Positions 1 through 13,445 of a stretch of 64,000 bases of DNA are shown here, one piece after another. Both the position numbers and the translations under genes were made by a program. Position 1 is the first letter of the stretch; the number at the start of each line of letters is the position of its first letter. The stretch comes from Schmidtea polychroa (taxonomy: Eukaryota), in assembly GCA_044892525.1 (NCBI GenBank), contig CM097885.1, positions 23,746,001 to 23,810,000 of the forward strand. Reading direction: 5' to 3'. Below the pieces are notes generated by a model, which had not been told where the DNA came from, did not search any database, and worked only from the letters and a program-made list of their open reading frames with translations.

Positions 1-258
1 TGCAATGGGCTCCCATGTTGTCACGGATCATCAAATTTCCAAATGTATATCAGCTGCAGCACGACTAGTCGGACATTTCTCACATAGCCCAATGGCAACG
101 GGGGAGCTCCTGAAAAGACAGTTGTCCATGGACAAGGATAAAACACCACTAAAACTTATTCAGCACTGTAAATGCAAAGTGCAAACGATAATCAGTTTAA
201 AATCGGATTTATACAAACGATAATCGGATTGCTCGAAAAACCGATATTAACAACCCTA
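1..258 (+). mobile_element. Right end of an internally deleted hAT transposon
   Basis: ORF 5-223 reads ARLVGHFSHSPMAT..PLKLIQ, a ZBED/Ac-like hAT transposase segment just upstream of the usual TRWNS motif. ACGAT/ATCGG subterminal repeats follow and end in TAACAACCCTA. Confidence 0.6.
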
Positions 259-918
259 GTTGCAACGGCTCGAAAACGCAACCCTGGTCGGTGAACTCGA
301 GGACGTCGACGGCTACGCACGGTCTCAGTGCTACCCTGATCGGACAGCCGCCATTCGCCGTGGTCTGGAACGCCCAAGAAGTCCACCACGAGGCCCAGAT
401 CAGCCACGAAAGCGAGGACGTCCGCGGAAAAACCGCCCAACACAAACAAGGTAACTGCCGGGCCGAATACCAGCGCCTTGTGATTCGATTTCGATTGGAT
501 ACACTTTCCTGATACGATCGATGTTAATGAACTGTTACTCAGTATAATATTAATTGACTTGTCTTGACTTCGCTATCATCTATGTGTAAAGTGTTGCTAT
601 TGTGTAATTTTGTATTGATTCCCTTATAATCTACGAGTAAATTGTTATTCTTTCATATTTTGTTTATTAATATTAAGCTGATTGTTTGGATTTCCTGATA
701 ATACACGCGTAAATTGGTATTCTTTTATATTTTGCCTATTACTACCAACCTCATAATGTTTTAGTAAGACCCATAAGGCTAAACCCGGGGTCTAAATACG
801 CATTAATACGAGGTTACGACATGGGGATTGTAGCTTATACAGCGATGGTGGTAGCAATAGGGCGTGGACACTTGACGAAAGTACGAAAAGACATATAATT
901 CATTTCGTATTTGTTTTA

Positions 919-1299
919 GTGTTAAAACTCCTGGAAGATATGCGGGTGGACAGGGAGCTAGCGCAACGACAGACGGAAGAATATAGAGCCAAGCAGACGC
1001 GAATCAAGGCCCATTGCCGAAATTTTGAAAGCACTTGGTTCCCGCCAGCAGAGATGAAGAAGCGCATGAAGCTGATCTCACAATTACAATTGCAGAGCGC
1101 TCAGGACCAGGTCGAGTTGCGGGCTCTCCGTCTGAGGGTGAAGGAGCTGGAGACCAGGATACATCAACATGCCATCGATCAAGCGGTAATCTCCAAGATT
1201 CGACCTATGAGCGAATTACTCCACGAGCCGAAGGAGCGCGTACCTTCGATTCCCCCAGGAAGAAGATTCGGCCGGACAAGGCTGCACGGGCTAAGATAA
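919..1299 (+). pseudogene. Unknown coiled-coil 'family A' ORF, divergent subfamily A'
   Basis: TWFPPAEMKKRMKLISQLQLQSAQDQ..IRPMSELL matches the degenerate copy at 31690-32117 and shares TWFxPxxM with the copies at 5378, 28613 and 42014. Confidence 0.55.
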
Positions 1300-4200
1300 G
1301 ACAGGCCAGCCTGGCCCAAATACCATTACAACCGACATTACTAATGGCTACCCCGAAGGAGTCTACCAGAACATTATGAACTCCGACACGAATTGTGTGA
1401 TCCAAATAAAATTGTTGTTGTTATGTTAACGTTCGGGTATTCTGATTTTTCAATAACGTCAATTGTCATAACGGGGACCTAAAGAAATCGGACATAAGCC
1501 TTCTATCGGCAGTCCGTGAACCCCAGTGGGTACTAAACAATTATAGTATGCTAAGCATGCTCACTTTTTGCTAGTACTCAAACCCTTGATACAGTACCAA
1601 CGTTGATTGCTCAACGGGTATCAAGTGGTCAGCTGTCAATTGTATTCTGGGTTACGCTGGAAACAGCACGAGTAGGTAGAAACTTTAGATTACCTGTAAC
1701 CCACCAGTAAGAATATATACATCATCATCATGTATCAATTCATTTCTTTCAATGGAATTAATAAATAAAGATTTTGTCAGATCATCACAATGGAAATCCA
1801 CAATTGAATTTGTGACATGAATGTCTATACGGTCGGTATATCCCAAAAGAGTATCAATGACACGAGAATTTACGTCAAACCTTCTTTCAAATGCATCAGT
1901 TATTGAGAATAGACCCACTGGATGAATAATAATTTTAATAACACTTTCCATTTTTAACAGAGTAACCATTTTTGTCGAAAAACTCTCTTTTAAACAAATC
2001 ACCAAAAATTTCCTTTGAAAACAACCGCAAACTTTCAGAACACAATTCTTTCTAAAAAACAATTTCAATTCTTCGCGTCTGTGTGCGCACATCAATATCA
2101 CAATAATTCTGCACACAGACGCGACAAAACTCAACAAACAAAAACTGCCAGTCAGAGGTAGACGTCATTCCCNNNNNNNNNNNNNNNNNNNNNNNNNNNN
2201 NNNNNNNNNNNNNNNNNNNNNNNNNNNNNNNNNNNNNNNNNNNNNNNNNNNNNNNNNNNNNNNNNNNNNNNNNNNNNNNNNNNNNNNNNNNNNNNNNNNN
2301 NNNNNNNNNNNNNNNNNNNNNNNNNNNNNNNNNNNNNNNNNNNNNNNNNNNNNNNNGTTAAGCTGAACGGTTAATTACTGAACTGAATGGATGGAGGAAA
2401 AGCCGTAAAGAGAAAATAAATAAAATAATTAAACTTAGCAGTAAATAGATTAAGGATAGAAAATTAATAAAATTTAAGAAATAAGAAAATAAAACCCAAA
2501 CAAGAAAATAAGAAAACATAAATAAAAACACGATATATTAATTAAAATTGAAAGAAAACTAAAAATAAGCCGTTACACACCTAAAAACCAACAAAAATAT
2601 GCGAAATTACGCAAAAATATAGGAAAACAAATAAAACAAATAGATAACAAAATAAAAAAAAATAATACCTAGGAAAAACAATAATAAGGAATAAGGAAAA
2701 ATAACCAAAAAACAACCCGACTCAATTGTGATTGGATAAAAATTACATTATATAAAGCGGCCGCTAAGTTAGTTAAATAACTTCTAAATTCATCATCCAG
2801 GTAAAACCTTTTAATTTATTAACCGAAAATAACTTCTAAATTTATCATCAAGGGCAATCTAATAACTCAATTCAAATTCTAGAACAGACTACGACAGTAA
2901 ATGCGACACAGCAGAAATCTACAAGGATTCTATTTTAGCAACTATTGATAATTTCGACTTCACTCGGCTTACCGATCTATTTCAGTATCATAATACTAGC
3001 GAGAATCATCAGAGGATTTCTAGACATTGTTAAGATCTTATTTACTGAATTATTTATTAGAGAAAACTCTTTTGGTGCCGAATCCATTCAGTGCAGCAAT
3101 TATTAACCATTTAAATTGACAAGTAATTAGTTGATAATATATGTCAGAATTCACAATTCGTAAAGCCGAGTTACAATTATTTTATGACTCCAGATTGATG
3201 CGATATGAGGAAATTATATGAATCTCAAATCCAGAATATTTATGGTGAACGATTGGGAAGTCACCTTTAGAATAGTTGATAAATAAACGTCATATATCAT
3301 ACTCGGATTCCAAAGGGCATGGTCAACGGGTGAATTTATTTCATTTATTACATAAAAACTTATTGATAGAAGTAAAACGATTTATAAGATTTTATATTTC
3401 ATACCATTTTTATAATTATCATTGATGAAATAAATCCGGTGGATCTGTCTATCATGACGGTCTAGAGACGGTCGGTAGCAATACCAGTGGTGTCTAGGTG
3501 GGTCATGGTAAGTAGAGAAACTCCTACTGTGAAATCGAAGTGAGTGAAATGAATGAACGATAGTTGGGTGTTCCCATCGAGTAGCAATTGATGTCGTTTC
3601 GCGAAAATTTAACAACCAAAGGAAATCTTCAAATTTCGTAGAAATTCCAAATTTCTTTGGTAACAAAAATTCCATATGAAAAGGAAGAAAATTCCATTGA
3701 GGGACTATCATCGAAACGGCAACTTAGATTAGTTCATTCACTTGTTCATTAGAATTCTTCATCATCGTTTCTTAAATCCCACAGATTGCCTTCAGATCGG
3801 ACACCGATGAATCCATGATCACAATTTTCCATCGAAATCTTCAGCATTTGGATAGTGTATAAGTTCAGTAGAAACTTGCAATTCAACGTCATTAGTACCC
3901 ACAGGTATATCATGATTATCGATGTAGATTTCACATTGCGACCTACCATTAGAAAGGCATTTGATTTTCACCCAATAAACATCCGGTCGATGGAATTATA
4001 TCAATAGGATACCCGCATAACTGTGAGAGTTTTCGTAAATAAAAATGAGAAACGACATAAACAAGCATAGAGGCAACGATTCACTGATTTAACTAAATAG
4101 ACGAATTTTGTTTATAAAATCTACGTGCTCCGATGTTAATATTGATAATAAGTTGGATTCACCTAAAGTCACCCAGAAAATTAGAAAAATTAGATCTATA

Positions 4201-4408
4201 GACAACGAAAATAAAGTAATTATTTACAAAGATCTATCGATTTACATCTAAAAACGATCATCCGACACGACGAGAATAATAATAAACAAATAAACAATAG
4301 GATTTTCTCGAATAAATAATAGTAAATTGAAATATTTTAATTAATTATATGTCTATAAAGTTCTATTCTTGACTACTCTCATCTGATGTTTTCTAGTTCT
4401 CAAAATAC

Positions 4409-5207
4409 GGGTCACCTCATAAAATCGACTTCTAGTACATCGATTTTTAAAACATCGAGTGTGAAAAGATCTACTTTTAGCCTTAAAACATCTATTGTCG
4501 AAAACATCTACTGTCAAAAACATCAACTGTCAATAACATCTAGTAATAAAATGCAAGAACATCAATCGCCTAAAACATCGAGTTTAAAAAACCTTTTTTA
4601 ATTAAATCATTTTTTTTAATTTTAATAGTTTTTTTTAATTTGTTTAATTTTGAAACCATCTCTTTTCGTTATATTTTCATCAATTTAATTAATTCAACAA
4701 AAGATTATTTTGTTGTTGATTATCTAGAAGTCGATGTTTTGGGGGCGCGCCGGCATGTAAGTAGCATGTTCATTTTGATTGCAAAAACTTTAAATGAAAC
4801 AATTTACCATATTTTAACTCCTGTGATTTTTAACACAGAACTTGCTATATTCATTCCCACCCCTCAGATTTTTTTTTAATATCTGGTTTTCTATTTATTA
4901 ACTTGCATGCAATATCTTGCAAAAACTACATTTTGTTGGCTAATAGTTACATGCCTAATTTAGATAATTAAAACAGACACAAATTGATAAAATTTTTCTT
5001 CATATTTAATTTAATTTTAATTTGTAGATGTTTTAAAACTCGATGTTTTAGAAGTTTTAAAAGTAGATTTTATTGACAATCGATGTATTTGTTGTTGATG
5101 TTTTGGACTCGATGTTTTAGACAGTAGATGTTTTCGCCAATAGATGAATTAGAAGTTGATTATTTTGTTGTTGATTATCTAGAAGTCGATGTTTCGGAGG
5201 TGCGCCC
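4409..5207. mobile_element. Non-autonomous Mutator/foldback-like element (MITE)
   Basis: Inverted ends GGGTCACCTC..AAAATCGACTTCTAG and CTAGAAGTCGATG..GAGGTGCGCCC. Inverted arrays of AAAACATC / GATGTTTT. 9-bp TSD TCAAAATAC/TCAAAATAA (8/9 match). An extra right-end copy lies at ~4700-4751. Confidence 0.75.
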
Positions 5208-5377
5208 TCAAAATAAGATAGATAAGGTATTTTATTGGCATTAACCAAATCTTGGTTTCCAAGTATATCGTATTCAAACAATGATAAAATGATAATATAA
5301 AATTATTTCAAAAATTAATTTTGATTAATTTTCTACGATGCCACGATAAATTATCTTAAAAAGCTTCCCTTTCAAGA

Positions 5378-6125
5378 ATGTGCGAGCCAAGTCTGCGGCC
5401 AAAAGGCCTTCAACCGTGCTTCTCCTGTGCGGACAAAAACGCGGATATAAGAAAATTAAACGAATACATTGGGGTATTGAAGAAGCGGATTGAAAATTAC
5501 GAGTGCACGTGGTTCTCCCCACCACAAATGGAGGAGAAAACCAAGGTATTACGGCTGGAGCACTGCAGGGACAGTCTCCTAGAAGAAAGCCGGTGCCAAC
5601 GCTTAACAATGGGAAGCCTTGCATAAGGTATATTCCGAGGCTGAAATCCAACGGAGGGTTCGGGAATACCCGATAAAAGATGGGGCAAATGTGTTCCCTT
5701 TGCATCATCAAGAAGAGGAACCACAGTTGCCAAAGACCAGTTGTATCGGGCATGGATGCCATTTCCCACCTCTGACGGATCCAATTCTATCCGGATCATC
5801 TAAGCCCAACGGTGGGTGTACGGAAACCACAGAAACTGCTACTGCGTCGATACCTATTTCTGACGATAAGCACCTCGCCTCGTCCGCCAAGAAGCGAAAA
5901 CACCCATCGCGGGCCGAGAATAATCAAAAGCAACAGGACACTATCGCCGTCCTGGAAGCGTCCCTGTTCGCAGCTCAAACAGCTAAAGAACAAGTTCCAA
6001 AGATAGATATGCCTGTCCCCAAGGAGAGCTTCAGGATAGTCTCCACAGAAATGTCTCACCTCCGAGAAGACGCCAGGCAACAGGTGGACATCGACGCCCT
6101 GTTAGCCGAGGGCGAAACGTTTTGA
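5378..6125 (+). pseudogene. Family A ORF, frameshifted near 5610
   Basis: ORFs 5378-5626 and 5619-6125 together align to the 42014 ORF (PCFSCADKN..TWFSPPQM..RLEHCRDSLLEE..YSE.E..RRV.E.P). Confidence 0.75.
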
Positions 6126-6619
6126 TGTGCCAAGACCCAAGCCAGTCGGAACCGATTTATGCTCAAAAGATTCGCATTCCCGAATGAAGCGTGTAAATGC
6201 ACTCTGTCCATTGACACTTGATGAATAACTCAATTGTGATTATTGTATGTTTTTGTGTCGCACAATAAAATTTATTGATGTTGAAATTGATATTGTTATG
6301 CTTAGTTGTTTTAATTTGATGCTTAGAATTCACGGGGATTTATATAATCGAGAGGTTCAGTTATAGAGAGACGTCCCTTGGACCAGGACGCCGGTTTGTG
6401 TAAATGAAATGATGTAAGACCTTCTACGGCAATCTGGAACCCGAACTGTGAACTTCTACCATGGGTCACCTGCTGGTAGATTCCAACCTATGTGTGCGAC
6501 ACCAACGTGTTACATCACCACGAATACACATAAGGGAATATGATTCATAAATCATGAAGGTTACTTAGGTAGTTCCATCTGAGCATGCAATTAGTTTCGT
6601 TTCCCCTAACTAACCAACA

Positions 6620-7030
6620 TAGTGGAGTCCTGTTTTTATGAGTCATTGTTCTTAAAAATAGGCGATGAATCGTATGATGAGTTGTCTTTGTTCAAAAAGT
6701 GATGAGTCATCGATGAGTCATACAGAGTGTAGTGAAAAAAATAAAAATACCCCTCCCTCATTTAAACGATGAGTTTAAATGGTTGTTTAAATGGGAGTCC
6801 TGTTCTAAAAAATAGATGATGAATCATGTGATGAGTATTTGTTTTAAAAATAAATTATGCATTGTCTTTGTTCTAAAAAGTGATGAGTCATCGACGAGTC
6901 ATACAGTGGGGGTGTAGTGCAAGAAACAAAAATACCCATCTCTCATTTAAAGGTTGAGTCATCGATGAGTCGTTTAAATTTGAATGGTCTATGTCTTTGT
7001 TTAAATGTTTTGTTCTAAAAAGAATGAGTC
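6620..7030. repeat. Degenerate tandem repeats rich in TGAGTCA; probable relic Polinton terminal repeat
   Basis: Repeated GATGAGTCATCGATGAGTCAT and TGTCTTTGT resemble the TIR motifs of the intact Polinton (GACGTCATCGATGACGTCA, TATGTCTTTGT). A polB 3' relic lies directly next to them. Confidence 0.5.
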
Positions 7031-7079
7031 ATATGTACTTTAATGACCCTGGTTTGTTAATTCAGTTTAATTATTCTTA

Positions 7080-7430
7080 ATTTTAAACAACTGGTGATTT
7101 TTACTTGTTATTCTTGATTAAGGAACGGTAAAGATTTGATTATTTTGATAACAAATTAGATACGACTGATGATTTATGTCATTACCCTTCAATGTTGAAC
7201 CCTTAGCTTTATTTTTTTCTTTATCGCCCAAAAGACTATAACATTTTAGTTTAAGAAACACCCACTCCTTATATTAAGGTTCTTTATTTTCATCTTTGAA
7301 TTTCCCAATGACAGAATCAAGGTTCCTTGAATATAAGGGATGATATTGGTCATAATTGGAACTGTCAAGTAAATTATCTCTTATCATAAAAGGTAAAACT
7401 ATATCAAGCCTACAGTAAATTCCCCAATAG
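7080..7430 (-). pseudogene. polB: C-terminal relic of a Polinton polB
   Basis: Clear nucleotide similarity to ~44160-44420 (e.g. TCTTTGAATTTCCCAATGACAGAATCAAGGTTCC), encoding the LDSVIGKFKDE..FL..KCY region. Confidence 0.8.
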
Positions 7431-8564
7431 GAATTAACAATAATTTGATCATATTTGCATCAAAAATATTTTCGCAAATTTTACACTTGTTTCCACACTT
7501 CAGCATTCAAAAATCAAAACTCAACAATTCTATATGTTTCGACCAGTCAGAAGGGGAATGTCACTCACCTCTGCCTGGCAGTTTGTTTGACGTTTCCTTT
7601 TGTTTCGCATCTGTGTGAGCGGTATGATTTGATCGAATATTGTTAGGATGCGCACACAGTCGCGAGAAGTAGGTTTATTGTGCATTTTTTTGTGAATTTT
7701 TATAGAATTATTTGTAGGAAATTATATTTTGTTTTGCTGCAGAAAAGGTTTTATGTAATTTTTCTGGAATTTTGAATTTCGAATTGTAATCCTTATCATT
7801 GATAATGTTAGTAATGTTATCATTAGCCTACTTTGCACTTTTAAATCAATATTAATAGATAAAAAATATTATTCGCAATAACTCAGAACAAATGCACGGA
7901 AACTATTTTGTGTTGTCGAGAAGTGGGGGAGGGGTATATATGTGATAAATGATAGTGGTCCAGGCCGCTCGCATCTACCTACTTTTAGTGTTTGTTAGTA
8001 AGCTGAAAATTTTTTATTATTATTTAAGTCAAAGATTGTTTTCGAAAATATTATCAATGAAAATTCACAATTCAAGATAATAATTCAAATTCAAGGTGGA
8101 AAAGAATCAAGACAATTGAAAAATAATTGAGACAGATAAATATTTTCAAATTTTATAATTATTCTATTATTTTATAAAGTAAATTTCGAATACTTTTTAA
8201 AATAACATAATGTTGGAGTTAACCAAAAATTTAAATATAAAAATAAAAATGGAAATTAATTAAAAGATAATTAAATATTCAAAAAAGTAAAAATTAAATT
8301 TTTTTCGTGGGTGTGATAACGGTAACAAATTAAACGATCGGTTTTTATGAAATTTATTAAGTGTATAGCATTTCTAGTTTGTTTCGTATTTTAGTTCAAT
8401 AATTTCTATAGAAAAATAAGTAAAATAGATAAGACATTACTAATCTTTGTAATTATATCCATGTACCATTCCATGTGCTTAATTTACATATGCAATTCTT
8501 TTATTTTGTAAAATCAAATCTATTACAAATAATAAACTTTTATATATGATTCTCGATAATTTTG

Positions 8565-9507
8565 AACAAGTAACATACTTTCAATAAGTAATAACGTCAC
8601 ATAAAACTGAACCTAAAATTAATTTTTACTAATAAAAACCAAATTTTAGATTTTTAGTTACGTGATATAAATCAATATTTGTGTTTAAAAAGAAATGAAG
8701 ATAAAAGATATTTAAAATGAAAATAGATCAATGGTGAAACTGATAAAATATTTTACTAGAAGTTCTATTAATAAAAATTTGTAAACAATTTAAATACAAT
8801 TTTTTTTGAAAACATTCTATAGTAAACGTCTCAAAATTGCGGCCCGCTACGAATAAATTTGCAAACCGCCAAATTAATTTATATATTTCTTAAATAGTTA
8901 TATATAATGTACCAATAAAAAAACATAAATATAAACGTCAATCAATCATTGCTAGTCAAAATAATAACGCGAAAATATTTATGCACTAACAACACTGTGT
9001 TCAAGCAATTCCACTGTCAAAACTAAGAAAACCAGTAACAAGTAACATACTTTCAATAAGTAATAACGTCACATAAAACTGAACCTAAAATTAATTTTTA
9101 CTAATAAAAACCAAATTTTAGATTTTTAGTTACGTGATATAAATCAATATTTGTGTTTAAAAAGAAATGAAGATAAAAGATATTTAAAATGAAAATAGAT
9201 CAATGGTGAAACTGATAAAATATTTTACTAGAAGTTCTATTAATAAAAATTTGTAAACAATTTAAATACAATTTTTTTTGAAAACATTCTATAGTAAACG
9301 TCTCAAAATTGCGGCCCGCTACGAATAAATTTGCAAACCGCCAAATTAATTTATATATTTCTTAAATAGTTATATATAATGTACCAATAAAAAAACATAA
9401 ATATAAACGTCAATCAATCATTGCTAGTCAAAATAATAACGCGAAAATATTTATGCACTAACAACACTGTGTTCAAGCAATTCCACTGTCAAAACTAAGA
9501 AAACCAG
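8565..9507 (+). repeat. Near-identical tandem duplication, 472-bp period
   Basis: 8565-9036 is repeated at 9037-9507 and includes the left end and TSD of the hAT element below. Confidence 0.9.
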
Positions 9508-11614
9508 AAAAATAATAAATACTTTGTGCTTATTAATTTGTATGATTTTCTGTAATTGGTAAGTTAATGTTCAATAAAAAAAATAATTTTATTGAAATGT
9601 TTTATTGTTTTTGTTAATGATAACTCATTCATTTCAGCCCTTAATATTCAGTATGTCGTTTTCAAAGTCAAGAGGTAGTAAATTTAAACGAAGAGTTGTT
9701 GATGACCATCGAAATTTTCAAGAAAACTGGGAATTGGAGTATTTTTGTTGTCAGGTAAAAAATAAAATAATCAGTTTGATATGAATCAATGCTATTAGTG
9801 TATCAAAATTATATAATATTAAACATCATTATGAACAACATCGATTAAAATACGATAATTACGAGGGTTTAATGAGACAAGAGAAGTTAATAGAGCTCAA
9901 GTTATTGATTACAAAAGAATTACAATGAAGTGAATCAGAAGTGTGAGCAAATTACGTCTTGTCGGAGTTGATAGCCAAGGAATGTCTAATTAAAGCTTGA
10001 GAAATTGTTTGTCATGAAAGTGTGAAGGCGTTTCAAAAAATCTCGTTGATTCGAAATACAGTGACAGAAAGAATTACTAGTTTAACCTGAAATTTAAGTG
10101 ACTAGATCAAAGCAAAATCACTAAATTTCGACTTTTTTTTATTGACTGTGACGAGTACGGACATTGGTTGCATAGCTCAATTAGCTGTGTTTATTCGTGC
10201 TTGCGACAAATATTTCAACATTTTTGAAGAATTATAGGCATTATTGGCACAACGACAGGAAACTATATATTTAATTTTGTTTATAAACTTCTAGAAAAAT
10301 ACAATCTACCATTGTCAAAATTTAGGTGTGTAGCTACAGATGGAGATCCTTCAATAATTGAGAAAACCAACGATTTGTGGCATTACTGCAAAAAAAAACA
10401 AAGAGAAATGTATGATAGGTCTAAGATTCATCATACGCACTGCATTATAAATCAAGGGGAAGTATGCACGAAATTCTGTCAAGAAAATTATCAATTTTAT
10501 TAGTTCTCGTGGATTAAATAGGCGACAATTCTATGCTTTTCTCAGTCATTTAAACAGCAAATATTCTGGATTAATGTATTATACTGAAGTCCGTTGGTTA
10601 TCTAGCTCCAAGGTACATTTTGGGATTTAAAATAAGAAATATGCCAATTTTTAAATCTAAAAATCAAGACGTAGACATGTTCACCGACACACTGTGGCTA
10701 CAAAATATATCCTTTATGGTAAACGTAACAAAACACTTGCGTGATTTAAACTTGCAATTGCAAGAAATCAGATAACGCAAACGTTTGACCATATTAAAGC
10801 TTTTAAATGTAAGTTATTTTATTTGGAAAAGCAGCTGAAAAATTTGGATTTAACCCATTTTCCAAAATGCAGAGAGTTTAAGAAGTCGAGTTCGAGGGAG
10901 AATGTCTGATACTCAAAATACGGTGACAGAATTTCAAATCTGAGAACTGATTTCAAAATAAGGTTTATTTATATTCAATGTTTAGAAGAAAGGTTCAAAT
11001 ATTTCAATCAATATAGAATTAGTGTCAGGTTAGAGATAACCAATATCCAAAGCAATACAGAATTGAAAGCGAAATTCAATGAGGTCGGTGTGCTCTAATT
11101 TTATAAATATTTATCTCTAAATATGAAAATACAAGGAAAATGACAATGGAAATCATTTCAATGTTTTCTAGTAGGTATCGGTGTGAGCAAGCTTTTAAAA
11201 TTTTGAAAGGGAATAAGTCGTCAGTGAGAAGAAAAATTACCGATCAACATCTAGCAGCGATTTTAAAGGTTTCAACTGCAGATAAGGTTTCTCTCAATTT
11301 CGAAGAATTATTGAAAGAGAAAAGATGCCAAATATCTGGGAAAAAACTTTGAATTTTTTATATTGATTTTTTTATTTACATTCTAATTTCTTTATATTTC
11401 ATTGTTGTTTTACTTCTTTTAATAATACTTTCAAATGCACAAATTAATCAATGGTTACTTTTTTTATATTTATATTCAATTTATTGTATCCACGCCTTTG
11501 AGGGAGAAAAATAAATCTTAGAAGAAAACTATTGATTTTGATTTTTTGCGGCCCTCGTGAGTCTGTCTAACCATGAAAATTTGGCTCGCTGTACTTTTTA
11601 GTTTGACACCCATG
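9295..11614 (+). mobile_element. Degenerate hAT transposon (Spin/Buster/GTF2IRD2-like)
   Basis: 8-bp TSD TTCTATAG (9287-9294, also 8815-8822, and 11615-11622). Right end AGTTTGACACCCATG. Broken transposase ~9653-11352 with HCIINQ (CxxH region), EVRWLS and SRYRCEQAF. Confidence 0.8.
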
Positions 11615-11971
11615 TTCTATAGTATTATACTTAAACATTCATGGAAAACATGAAAATCTTCTTTCGACATTATAAGCCTATAATTTTTTTTAATTTATGT
11701 TAATTTATAATATGTAATCTAAATTATGCACTCACTTTAAACTTTAAAACTTTAATTTTATGCGAATAAATACAGACACAGTGTGCATGTGCAGCAAGTC
11801 AGCACATAAGCTCGGGATTCCCTGTGAGATGTGTACACAGCGCACGTGTTCAAACACAGTAGCATTTAGTAGAGTGCGATAGAAACAAAAAAAATATTTG
11901 GAAAACCGTTTAAAAGCGAAAACGTGTAAAACAAGTACCGTGTAAATCGGGGGATAGGTGTATATATATAT

Positions 11972-13445
11972 AGCATTTTCGCGTTAAATTAGACACTTTC
12001 GAATTTGAATTGGACACTTTAAAAGTTGAATTGGACACTTTAAAAGTTAAATTGGACATTAGTTATAACACCCCTACTATTTAATATATGTGATTTTATA
12101 GAAATACTTTATATACAGAACATAGCAACTAAATTCCCGCCCAAAAATATATAATCGTTTGAAATCATTAATCATGTCAAATGGCCGATATTATGAATTT
12201 TCTGGCGAATCAAACATTGAAGAAACTGAAATTGATGGTGCGGATGTGCATGAGAATCGCGAATCTCCTTCAAAGAAATCGTATGCCAAATCCACCCGGG
12301 ACGTTAAAATGGTGCTAATAAGCATGGTCACAGTGGACGGGAAAACAATAAGGGAAGCAGTAGCTGCTTGCAGAATTAATGAGAGCACCGCGAGAACGAT
12401 AATAAACAACTACAAGCGTAAAGGAACTTTTATTGTAGGAAAAAGAGGTGGTAACAATAAAACAAAAATTACGGATAATATACTAGACCGAATTGAATTT
12501 TTTGTGGAGAACCATAATCAAACTACTTTAAAAATGATAAAAAACAAACTTGAAGCCGAAGGAGTGTCTTTATCAACCACGTCTGTGTCTAAATGTCTTG
12601 AGAAGCTTCGTATTACACGTAAAAAGGCTTCTCGTGAACTTGAACGAGTAAATTTACCAGAAACCATTGAAAAGAGACGACGATACACATTGGATTTTGC
12701 CCGAAATGCATTTTTATAGACGAATGTGGTTTTAATCTACATATTCGTCGAACTACCGCCCGCTCAAAAATTGGAACAAGGGCAAAGATCGTGATACCAA
12801 CATTGAGAGGTCGAAATGTAACTGTTATTGCAGCAATGAATTCAAACAAAATTATTCATAGCCGCATTGTTGACGACAGTACTTGTACAAGTTCAAAATT
12901 CGGTGATTTTTTAATGGAGCTAATTGCGATTATTCAACGCGATGAGATTTACAATGGTGCATGGATAGTTTTAGATAATGCTCAAATTCATAAAACTGAT
13001 TATATACGAAACATCTTTACCGATACCGGATTTGTATTGAAATTTCTCTCACCCTATTCATACATGCTGAATCCCATCGAAAATGCATGGAGTAAGTTGA
13101 AGAGTTTCGTCAAGAATATTTTATCATCGAATGTGGATAATGTAAATCTACGGGATATTATCTGTAATGGCTTGAACAATATTAACCCGGGTGATTGTTG
13201 TGGATATGTTATGCATATGATGAATAACATTTCAAAAGCAGTGGCAGGAGAGCGATTTAAAATTTGAAAGATCATGTTTGATTAAAGTCGTCTTATTTGA
13301 AATATAAATTCACGTCTTTTACAGTTTTATAACTAGTGTCCAATTTGACTTTTAAAATGTCCAATTCAACTTTAAAAGTGTCCAATTCAACTTTTAAAGT
13401 GTCCAATTCAAATTCGAAAGTGTCTAATTTAACGCGAAATATTGC
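11972..13445 (+). mobile_element. Tc1/IS630-like DNA transposon with ~100-bp TIRs containing internal direct repeats
   Basis: TTTCGCGTTAAATTAGACACTTTCGAATTTGAATTGGACAC.. is mirrored at ~13330-13440. TIR ends are approximate. Confidence 0.85.
12159..13267 (+). pseudogene. IS630/Tc1 DDE transposase split by a -1 frameshift near 12712
   Basis: The HTH half (12159-12719) and catalytic half (FIDECGFN, IVLDNAQIH, FLSPYSYMLNPIENAWS) are in different frames. Confidence 0.85.

Larger units (their letters stand above)
2356..6619 (+). mobile_element. Copy of the unclassified ~4-kb TG...CA element (5' end lost in the N-gap)
   Basis: Same order as 39277-59074: A-rich tract, ATTGG+TATA, degenerate minus-strand region B, family A ORF, conserved 3' block. 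It ends TTCCCCTAACTAACCAACA (6619), compared with TTCCCCTAAGTCACCAGCA (59074). Confidence 0.6.

Noticed and set aside
1685-2172. 150-aa ORF as a host gene
   Set aside because: Its upstream part is a dispersed repeat also seen inverted at ~7554-7760, and it has no recognisable motifs.
6400-6620. Hammerhead ribozyme or Penelope-type repeat in the conserved 3' block
   Set aside because: No CTGATGA...GAAA core in any copy.
11972-13445. Bacterial IS or contamination
   Set aside because: Embedded among eukaryotic transposons and intron-containing genes. IS630/Tc1 elements occur in eukaryotes.
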